Below the pieces are notes generated by a model, which saw only the letters and a list, made by a program, of their open reading frames with translations, made no database searches and was not told the origin of the DNA. A stretch of DNA of 56,710 nt from Candidatus Wildermuthbacteria bacterium (GTDB taxonomy: Bacteria > Patescibacteriota > Minisyncoccia > Minisyncoccales > PEYH01): assembly GCA_037445205.1 (NCBI GenBank), contig JBBIKX010000002.1, forward strand, positions 1 through 56,710, written 5' to 3'. Below are positions 44,505 to 51,794 of this stretch, piece by piece. The first letter of the stretch is position 1. Every line of letters begins with the position of its first letter. The translations under genes were made by a program, and so were the position numbers.

Positions 44505-45299
44505 CTACTGCGGGGACTTCCGAGCCGAGGCCACGCCGATGCGGAGATAGCGGCAATTATCCCAACAGCCGAAGACGCTCAGACCGCTCGAACCGAAGTA
44601 ACCGACGTCGACCCGGCTGCCGCCCGAATTGACAGAGGACGTGCGGACGTAGATGTTCTCGAAGAGCCGCTCCCCGGTTGCGAGGAAATGACCGATGATC
44701 GTGTAGACCATCACTTGGGCAGTCGGCGTTTCCTCGTTTTGGGCGAGAAGAGCGAGAAGAGCCTGCTGTTCATCCCAGGTCTTGGAGGTCGAGTTGTCGA
44801 CCGACGTCTTGCGGACAAACTGCCAGCGCACCTCTCCGCGGTTCTTGGCGAACGCATCTTTGTTGTACCAAGCGTCCTCGTGGCTGTAGAAGAGCTTGCG
44901 CTCGGCTTTGTCACGAATCTCAAGAATCGAGAGGGGGAACGCGGCAACAAGCACGTGCGTATCCTTCACTTTCCAGAGTTCTGATTCCGTGAACGGAATC
45001 TCAGCCAGTGCCGAGATTTGCGCTCGCGTCGGCTGAACCCTGAAGTGCTGGATCGCTTCTTCGACGCCAAAGTAGTTCTTGCCCATGATCTCGCGGGCAA
45101 GCTTCTGCGTCGTAGTCGGCTCGTAGCCGCCTGAGTTCCAGAAGCGCACCAGGTGCTTCCTCATTTCGGGATCGTCAATGGGGACTTGCAGGGCTTCCTC
45201 GATGGGAAGACCGGCCTGCCGCATCACACGAACCCACGTTGCCAGTTGACCAAGCTGCTTTTCTAACGCCACGTCCTGGTTCGCAATGGAGTTTACCAT
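44505..45299 (-). CDS. GC-rich hypothetical protein (264 aa from MVNSIANQ)
   Basis: Strong GC3 bias in this frame and AGGAGG 6 nt upstream of the ATG at 45299. It has its own promoter, leader and terminator. No family recognised. Confidence 0.7.
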   Translation of the reverse strand: MVNSIANQDVALEKQLGQLATWVRVMRQAGLPIEEALQVPIDDPEMRKHLVRFWNSGGYEPTTTQKLAREIMGKNYFGVEEAIQHFRVQPTRAQISALAEIPFTESELWKVKDTHVLVAAFPLSILEIRDKAERKLFYSHEDAWYNKDAFAKNRGEVRWQFVRKTSVDNSTSKTWDEQQALLALLAQNEETPTAQVMVYTIIGHFLATGERLFENIYVRTSSVNSGGSRVDVGYFGSSGLSVFGCWDNCRYLRIGVASARKSPQ

Positions 45300-45373
45300 T
45301 GCACACCTCCTGTAGTTCATCCCGCCATCAGCGGAACACGCGCCTGTTGGTCAACAGACAGAACTTGTCTCCC

Positions 45374-45434
45374 TATGAGACGAGCCCGTTGAAGACCCAC
45401 CGTGAGAAAGGACATTCAATGGGCTCGTCTCATA
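45374..45434 (-). promoter_or_regulatory. Perfect 14-bp stem (tatgagacgagccc/gggctcgtctcata) with a 33-nt loop in the 5' leader of the GC-rich gene
   Basis: The arms are exact reverse complements. The stem lies between the predicted promoter and the SD site. Confidence 0.6.
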
Positions 45435-45463
45435 CATATAAAAGAGCTCTTAAAGACTCTTGT

Positions 45464-45492
45464 ATGATAACATATTCTATTTCTTCTGTCAA
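45464..45492 (-). promoter_or_regulatory. Sigma70-like promoter (TTGACA, 17-nt spacer, TATCAT) overlapping the metG stop
   Basis: The minus strand reads ttgaca gaagaaatagaatatgt tatcat. Confidence 0.5.
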
Positions 45493-46943
45493 ATCCGAGG
45501 GAAAAGAGGACCGGTTTTTTTTGTTTTGAGTTGTTGGAGAATTTTTTCTGAGGTTTGGGGCAAAAACGGTTCAAGCAGTATGGCAATTTCTTTGATCGCT
45601 AACAATAAATTATTGATTGTTTTTTTCTGCTTGCCGGATTCTTCCCAGGGCCGCTCTTTTTCAATGTATTTATCGCAGAAAGCAATCAACTCCCAAATTG
45701 TAGTTAGTGCTTCATTGAACTTAAATTCCTCTATGACCTCTTTATAGTTCTTCCAAGTTTTATTTATTATTGTTTTGAGTTTTGAATTTTGGATTTGTTT
45801 AGGATTTAGGATTTGAGATTTGAGATTTAACTTGACGGCCACTGTAATTACCCTTGAAACAAGATTTCCCAAACCAGCCGCTAAATCGGCATTATATCTC
45901 TTCTTAAATTTATCGCAAGAAAAATCCAAATCGTCAAAAGGAGAGGCCTCTCTCAAAAGGAAATATCTGACCGCATCAACTCCGTATCTTGCGGCAAGAT
46001 CTTCGGGAGACACCACATTGCCCAAGGACTTAGACATTTTCTGGCCATTGGCCGTCACATAACCATGCACAAATAATTTATCCGGCAAAGAAATCCCAGC
46101 AGAAAGCAGGGCGGCCGGCCAATACAAAGAATGAAAAATCAAAATGCCTTTTCCAATGATATGCGTTTTATTCTGGTTTTCCTGCCACCAATCTTTGAAC
46201 CTTTTTTCATCTTCGCCATAGCCCAAAGCGCTGATATAATTGATTACCGCATCCCACCAGCACCAAAAAATCTGACCTTCATCACCGGGCACAGGAATAC
46301 CCCAATTTTTTGCTCGTCCTGAAGAGCGGGAAATACAGATATCTTCTAGCCCTTTGTTGATGAATCCCAAAACTTCATTTTTGCGCGATTGGGGGATAAT
46401 TTTTAAAACATCGCTTTCTATTAATTTTTTAAGCTTTTTTTCGTATTTAGAAAGCTTAAAAAAATAATTTTCCTCTTCAACCAGCTCCGGCGCGATTTTG
46501 TGCTCTGGGCAAAGCTTATCAGTCAATTCTTCTTCTTTATAAAATTGTTCGCACCCGACGCAATAAAGCCCTCTGTATTTTTTCTTATAAACGTCTTTTT
46601 TGCATCTCTCCCAAAGATTATAAACCGATTTAATATGCCTTTTTTCAGTAGTTCTAATAAAATCATCAAAAGAAAGGTTAAGAATTTCTTTTAATTTTAA
46701 AAAAGCGTCCGCGTTTTTTTTAGAGAATTTATCGGGTGAGATTCCCGCCTCTTCTGCCGCCCGCGCAATTTTTAAACCGTTTTCGTCTGTGCCGGTAAGA
46801 AAAAAAACCTCTTTTCCCAGCGCGCGATAATGGCGCGCCAAAACATCCGCCTGAATAAGTTCAAGGGCAAATCCGATATGAGGCAAGGAGTTAACATACG
46901 GCAGGGCGGTAGAAAAATAATATTTTTGATTATCTTTTGGCAT
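45489..46943 (-). CDS. metG: Methionyl-tRNA synthetase (short form) with one in-frame repeat insert
   Basis: LPHIGF (HIGH-like), QKMSKSLGN and the CVGCEQ...CPEH knuckle. Confidence 0.95.
   Translation of the reverse strand: MPKDNQKYYFSTALPYVNSLPHIGFALELIQADVLARHYRALGKEVFFLTGTDENGLKIARAAEEAGISPDKFSKKNADAFLKLKEILNLSFDDFIRTTEKRHIKSVYNLWERCKKDVYKKKYRGLYCVGCEQFYKEEELTDKLCPEHKIAPELVEEENYFFKLSKYEKKLKKLIESDVLKIIPQSRKNEVLGFINKGLEDICISRSSGRAKNWGIPVPGDEGQIFWCWWDAVINYISALGYGEDEKRFKDWWQENQNKTHIIGKGILIFHSLYWPAALLSAGISLPDKLFVHGYVTANGQKMSKSLGNVVSPEDLAARYGVDAVRYFLLREASPFDDLDFSCDKFKKRYNADLAAGLGNLVSRVITVAVKLNLKSQILNPKQIQNSKLKTIINKTWKNYKEVIEEFKFNEALTTIWELIAFCDKYIEKERPWEESGKQKKTINNLLLAIKEIAILLEPFLPQTSEKILQQLKTKKTGPLFPRI
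45774..45833 (-). repeat. Heptamer-mosaic repeat insert in metG (encodes KLNLKSQILNPKQIQNSKLK)
   Basis: Plus strand reads ttgagttttgaattttggatttgtttaggatttaggatttgagatttgagatttaac. It shares the NPKQIQNSK-coding module with leuS insert 4. Confidence 0.9.
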
Positions 46944-47000
46944 AATCTTTAAAAATGATTGGTTTTTTTATTGTATCATAATGTTAATTTGGCAAAAATT

Positions 47001-47036
47001 AAATAAAAACAAGAGGCCCGACAGAGTGGTCGGGCC
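47001..47036 (-). terminator. Rho-independent terminator (ggcccgac/gtcgggcc stem, then ctcttgtttttattt on the minus strand)
   Basis: 8-bp GC stem about 20 nt after the stop of the 77-aa ORF. Confidence 0.65.
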
Positions 47037-47056
47037 AAGAACAGTTGGGCAAGCGT

Positions 47057-47290
47057 TCATGGCTTTTTCTTGGGTTCTCTCAGGCCGATGACACACAAAA
47101 AGCAACCAGCGGCCAGAAGAGAGAATGTTGTCAACATCTCGGCTTTTCCGCCCGGTTTTATCCCCCACACATAGGGCAGACAAAACCAAACGAACCAGAC
47201 CGCTGCGAAAAGAGCCACGAATATGCCCACGGCCAAAGAGGATTCCTTGATTTTCCGAAACACCCGAGACCTGCGGACTGCCTGCCTCAT
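47057..47290 (-). CDS. GC-rich small two-TM membrane protein (77 aa)
   Basis: AAGGAGGA lies 4 nt upstream of the ATG. Two hydrophobic helices (LAVGIFVALFAAVWFVWFCL, MLTTFSLLAAGCFLCVIGL). Preferred over the out-of-frame 117-aa ORF 46968..47321, which lacks an SD site. Confidence 0.55.
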   Translation of the reverse strand: MRQAVRRSRVFRKIKESSLAVGIFVALFAAVWFVWFCLPYVWGIKPGGKAEMLTTFSLLAAGCFLCVIGLREPKKKP

Positions 47291-47393
47291 CGCATCCTCC
47301 TTCTTTTCCCAAGATTAGCACGTTCTGTGCCCGGGAAAGAACTGTTTTTATATTTAATTAATATTATTAAAAAGTCAAGTTAGTAGAGATTGA

Positions 47394-48074
47394 CTAATTG
47401 CGTAAACCTTCAATCACTACCACAAACTCTCCTTTGATTTTGTCTTTTGTAATCTGTCTTATTACTTCTTCAATGTTTCCGCGATAAACAGTTTCAAATT
47501 TTTTGGTCAATTCGCGACCAATGACCAGCTCCAAATTCCTGTTTAAAGACATAATTTCATCAAGCGTTTTTAAAATGCGATGCGGCGATTCGTAGATAAT
47601 AACAGGGCGTTTTGAATTAATTATTTCCTGAAAAAATTTTTTTCTTTTATTTTTGCGGGGCGGAAATCCCAAAAACAAAAATTTATCCATGAAAAAACCC
47701 GCAATTGAGGCAATCGCGGTTATGGCTGAAGGGCCGGGTATCGGAATAATTTCTATACCTGCCTTTAATTGTTCTAAAATTTTTTTAATTAATTGGTTGC
47801 CCGGGTCAGAGATTCCAGGAGTGCCTGCGTCTGATACCAAAGCCAGATTGTTTTCTTGTTTTAGTAAAGATAAAATATAATCTGTTTTTTTTATTTTTGA
47901 GTGCTGATGATAGCTGATTGTCGGTTTTTGAATTTTATAAAAATCTAGAAGTTTTTTTGTGTTCCTTGTATCTTCGCAAAGCACAAAATCAACCTCTTTT
48001 AGGGCTTCAATGGCGCGAAAAGAAAAATCTTTCAGATTGCCAATCGGGGTGGCAATTATATAAATCTTTGCCAT
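47394..48074 (-). CDS. rsmI: 16S rRNA (cytidine1402-2'-O)-methyltransferase
   Basis: YIIATPIGNLKDFSFRAIEAL...VLCEDTR and DAGTPGISDPG. Confidence 0.9.
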   Translation of the reverse strand: MAKIYIIATPIGNLKDFSFRAIEALKEVDFVLCEDTRNTKKLLDFYKIQKPTISYHQHSKIKKTDYILSLLKQENNLALVSDAGTPGISDPGNQLIKKILEQLKAGIEIIPIPGPSAITAIASIAGFFMDKFLFLGFPPRKNKRKKFFQEIINSKRPVIIYESPHRILKTLDEIMSLNRNLELVIGRELTKKFETVYRGNIEEVIRQITKDKIKGEFVVVIEGLRN

Positions 48075-48090
48075 TTATATGAGGCCAAAT

Positions 48091-49137
48091 TTAATTAGTT
48101 TTTGACGCGGGGGGCAGTGTTTCGCCCCTTTTTTCAAGCATGCCTTTTACAAGCTCAAAAATCATTCCCAGTAGAGGAATTGCCAAAATTGCGCCCAAAA
48201 TCCCCCACAATCTAGACCCAATAAAAATGGATATTAAAACTACAGCCGGGGGGAGATGCAAGAATTTTTTGCTTAAAACGGGCAAAAGAATGTGTCCCTC
48301 AATTTGCTGGATAATAATGAATATTAAAACAAAAATGAGCGCCTTGGGCAAAGATGAAAGTGAAATAAAAAGAGCAATAGCCGCGCCTGTCATTAGCGGT
48401 CCAATGGTAATGATAAAATTGGAAAGTCCGGCAATAAGCCCAAAAAACGCCGCATATTTAATATCCAGAACATAACACGTTATTGCGCTGAAAAGTCCGA
48501 CATAAAGAGCCCCCACAATCCTTGTCGCAAACCACAGAGAAATCCTTTTTTGCGCTTTAAGCCAAATATCTAAAAATTTATCCCTGTATCCTGCCGGAGA
48601 AACCAGGGCGATGGTTCTCTCTATGCCCATATCTTCCAAAGAAATGAAAAAGGCGAGGGAGAAAATGGTAATGGTGGCGAATACTCCGCCAAACAACGCT
48701 CCAAGAGCGCTGAAAATATTGGAAGATGCCCTTAGCAAAACATTTTCTATGGCTAAAGTAAATGCTTGGAAATCTTTGAGGGCGGCTATTTTTAATCCCT
48801 GCAGAAATGGCGATGCTTGGTCAAAATATTCGGAAAATCTGTCGACGAATTGCTGAAGATCAGAAAAGAGGAATGGGGTAATTTTATAAATAAACAATCC
48901 CAGCAATATAAAGACTCCGAAATATATGACAATGGCGCAAAGCACTCTTGGTATCCTTTTTTTCTGGAAAAAGGTTATGGCGGGATTGAATAAAACGGAG
49001 ATTATCAGAGAAAAAATCAGCAAAATCAAAAAATCTTTTATCAGATATACAAGGTAAACCATTCCCATCACGCCTACAATCCTCAAGATTGTTGACCAGG
49101 GAATGTCTATTGTTTTTTGCTGAGGAGGATTTTGCAT
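48091..49137 (-). CDS. AI-2E family (PerM-like) transporter
   Basis: 348 aa with about 8 TM segments and a typical PerM topology and length. Confidence 0.75.
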   Translation of the reverse strand: MQNPPQQKTIDIPWSTILRIVGVMGMVYLVYLIKDFLILLIFSLIISVLFNPAITFFQKKRIPRVLCAIVIYFGVFILLGLFIYKITPFLFSDLQQFVDRFSEYFDQASPFLQGLKIAALKDFQAFTLAIENVLLRASSNIFSALGALFGGVFATITIFSLAFFISLEDMGIERTIALVSPAGYRDKFLDIWLKAQKRISLWFATRIVGALYVGLFSAITCYVLDIKYAAFFGLIAGLSNFIITIGPLMTGAAIALFISLSSLPKALIFVLIFIIIQQIEGHILLPVLSKKFLHLPPAVVLISIFIGSRLWGILGAILAIPLLGMIFELVKGMLEKRGETLPPASKTN

Positions 49138-49138
49138 C

Positions 49139-50413
49139 TTAAAACGCGTTTAGTATTTTTTTAAATTTTTCGGGTGGTTTAAGGGGCCCTATCGCGGCTA
49201 AATTTAATTTTTCGGGGCAAAAAACGTCTTTTGCTGTTTTTAGAATATCAGATTCTTTTATTTTATCAACTTCTTTAAAAATATCTTCTGGTCTTTGAAT
49301 CTTGTTTTTAATAATTTGCTGGACGCCATAAAACATAGCTAAAGCATCGGAAGATTCCAGCGCGATGGCAAGCGATCCTTTAAGGTGATTTTTTGCCTTT
49401 GAAAGCTCTTGGGGAGATATTTTTTTAGAAGCCATCTTTTTATATTCCTCCAAAATAATTTTTATGGCTTCTGGCGTATTTTCATTGTTAATCCCGGCCC
49501 TTGTAAGCAAATATCCGCAATCTGTTTCATCTTCAACGCCGGTGTTGATATAATAAGCCCATCCCCTTTTTTCCCTAATTTCAGAAAATAATCTTGAGCT
49601 CATCATCCCTCCAAGAATTTGTCCAAGAAGGATTAAAGAGTATCTTTGGGGATGAAAAATATTATAAGCTCTTACTCCCAGGCAAATGTGGGTCTGATCG
49701 GTTGATTTTTGAAAAAACAGCGTCTTTGGTTTTCTTTGGCCCTCAATGGTTGGTGATTTCTGATTTTCCTTCCCGATGGCAATGGAAGAAAAATATTTTT
49801 GAATAAATTTCTTGACACGGAGGGCATCAAAATTTCCGGCAACGCATATTAACGTATTTTTTCCCGTATAATGCTTTTTTAGATATTTCAAAATAACGCT
49901 CTCGTCAATCCTTGAAACAGATTCTTTTGTTCCGCTGATTGGCCAGCTGGCTGGCTGATCTTTATATAAAAGCTCCCGCCAAAGATTCTGGACTTTCATC
50001 ATGGGATCATCGTTATACATATTGATTTCTTCGATAATCACACCCCTTTCTTTTTTAGCTTCCTTGGCGTCAATAATTGAATTAAAAAATATGTCTGATA
50101 TCCACTCAAAAGCTGTTCCTAAAAAATCAGAGGCAACTTTGACGTAGTATCCTGTGTATTCTGTAGAGGTAAAAGCGTTAAAGACCCCGCCGATTCTTTC
50201 AATCATTTCTGCAATTTTTATGGTATTGGGCCTTTTTTTAGTTCCTTTGAAAAGCATGTGCTCAAGAAAGTGAGACACCCCGCTTGTTTCTTTTTTCTCA
50301 TATTTGCTGCCCGCCCGAACCAAAACAACAACGCTGACAGTTTGTATTGAAGAATACGGCACCAATAAAACCTTAATTCCGCTTTTTAGTTGGTAAAACT
50401 TATACATATTCAA
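49139..50413 (-). CDS. M16-family zinc peptidase
   Basis: HFLEHMLFKGT (HxxEH inverted zincin motif). Confidence 0.85.
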   Translation of the reverse strand: MNMYKFYQLKSGIKVLLVPYSSIQTVSVVVLVRAGSKYEKKETSGVSHFLEHMLFKGTKKRPNTIKIAEMIERIGGVFNAFTSTEYTGYYVKVASDFLGTAFEWISDIFFNSIIDAKEAKKERGVIIEEINMYNDDPMMKVQNLWRELLYKDQPASWPISGTKESVSRIDESVILKYLKKHYTGKNTLICVAGNFDALRVKKFIQKYFSSIAIGKENQKSPTIEGQRKPKTLFFQKSTDQTHICLGVRAYNIFHPQRYSLILLGQILGGMMSSRLFSEIREKRGWAYYINTGVEDETDCGYLLTRAGINNENTPEAIKIILEEYKKMASKKISPQELSKAKNHLKGSLAIALESSDALAMFYGVQQIIKNKIQRPEDIFKEVDKIKESDILKTAKDVFCPEKLNLAAIGPLKPPEKFKKILNAF

Positions 50414-50466
50414 AATTTTTGAAGAAGCGCTTCAAGATGTTTTTAATACCTTTGTTTTTAAAAACT

Positions 50467-51792
50467 TCACTTCAGATTTTCTTCCAAATAATCTGTGAGC
50501 TTGTCGATTCCAATTCTTTCCTGTTCCATTGTATCTCTATTTCTTATTGTCGCGTCATTTTTTAGAAGCGTTTCAAAATCAATGGTTATGCAGAATGGCG
50601 TTCCTATTTCATCCTGCCTTCTATATCTTCTTCCGATAGATCCAACTTCATCATATTGGGAAAAAAAATTTACAGAGATATCTTTGTAAATCTTTTTGGC
50701 TTTTTTTATGATCCAGGAATCATTTTTAACCAACGGCAAAACTGCTGCTTTAATGGGCGCTATTTTCTTGTTGAATTTCAGCATTGTTTCAGATTCTTTT
50801 GCCGCTTGAGTGGTTTTAGTGCGACCGCCCGCTATTTCGCAGTAAGCATCTATAAAAAAGGCGAGGAGACTTCTTTCAACCCCCACGGAAGTTTCAATGA
50901 TATAGGGGATATATTCTTTTTTGGTCTCTGAATCCTGATATTTAAGATTCACTCCGCTAAATTCCTGATGGCGGGACAAATCCCAGTCGCCCCGGTTGTG
51001 AATGCCCTCAATTTCCTGCCATCCAAAAGGAAACTTATATTCCAGATCAATTTGTCTTTTGGCATAGTGAGCCCTGTCTTTTGAAGAAACCTCAACCAAT
51101 TTAAGATTCTCTTTTTTCATTCCCAGATCTATGTACCAATTTAATCTCTGATCTTTCCAATATTCAAAATATTTATCAGCGTCTTTGGGGTCGCAAAACC
51201 ATTGCATTTCCATTTGTTCAAATTCTCTTGTTCTAAAAATAAAATTTTTGGTTGTAATTTCGTTCCGAAAGGCCTTGCCAATTTGAGCTATCCCAAAGGG
51301 AGGTTTTAGGCGCATTGACCCCAAAACATTTTTGAAATTCACATAAATGCCTTGGCAGGTTTCCGGCCTTAAATAAGAAACTGCGCTTTCATTCTCAAGA
51401 GGTCCGACAAAGGTTTTCATCATTAAATTAAACTTTTTGGGGTCCTCTAAGTCCCCTTTGCAATCCGGGCATTTTCTTTTTGTCAACTCTTGGGCCTTAA
51501 ATCTTTTGTGGCAATTTTTGCATTCCATCAATTCATCTGCAAATCCTACGCTTAAGTGCCCCGATGCCTCCCAGGTTTTCGGCGACATCAAAATTGAAGC
51601 ATCCAATCCCACTATATTATCTTGGCGCCTAACCATTTCTTCCCACCAAAGATTTCTTATATTTCTTTTAAGCTCAACCCCCAAAGGTCCAAAATCATAG
51701 CAAGATCCAAATCCGCCGTAGATTTCAGAAGAGGGAAAAATAAATCCTCTTCTCTTTGCAAGCGATATAATTTTTTCCATCAAATCTTCCAT
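50467..51792 (-). CDS. glyQS: Glycyl-tRNA synthetase (dimeric GlyQS type)
   Basis: RRGFIFPSSEIYGG, LRPETCQG and FRNEI class II motifs. Confidence 0.95.
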   Translation of the reverse strand: MEDLMEKIISLAKRRGFIFPSSEIYGGFGSCYDFGPLGVELKRNIRNLWWEEMVRRQDNIVGLDASILMSPKTWEASGHLSVGFADELMECKNCHKRFKAQELTKRKCPDCKGDLEDPKKFNLMMKTFVGPLENESAVSYLRPETCQGIYVNFKNVLGSMRLKPPFGIAQIGKAFRNEITTKNFIFRTREFEQMEMQWFCDPKDADKYFEYWKDQRLNWYIDLGMKKENLKLVEVSSKDRAHYAKRQIDLEYKFPFGWQEIEGIHNRGDWDLSRHQEFSGVNLKYQDSETKKEYIPYIIETSVGVERSLLAFFIDAYCEIAGGRTKTTQAAKESETMLKFNKKIAPIKAAVLPLVKNDSWIIKKAKKIYKDISVNFFSQYDEVGSIGRRYRRQDEIGTPFCITIDFETLLKNDATIRNRDTMEQERIGIDKLTDYLEENLK

Positions 51793-51794
51793 AT

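Noticed and set aside
44493-44984. 163-aa plus-strand ORF (also 44345..44632 and 44711..44950)
   Set aside because: These are mirror or alternative frames of the GC-rich 264-aa gene. Only the minus frame has GC3 periodicity, an SD site, a promoter and a terminator.
46968-47321. 117-aa minus-strand ORF overlapping the 77-aa ORF
   Set aside because: It has no SD site, runs through the terminator hairpin and has a non-membrane random-looking sequence. The 77-aa frame is better supported.
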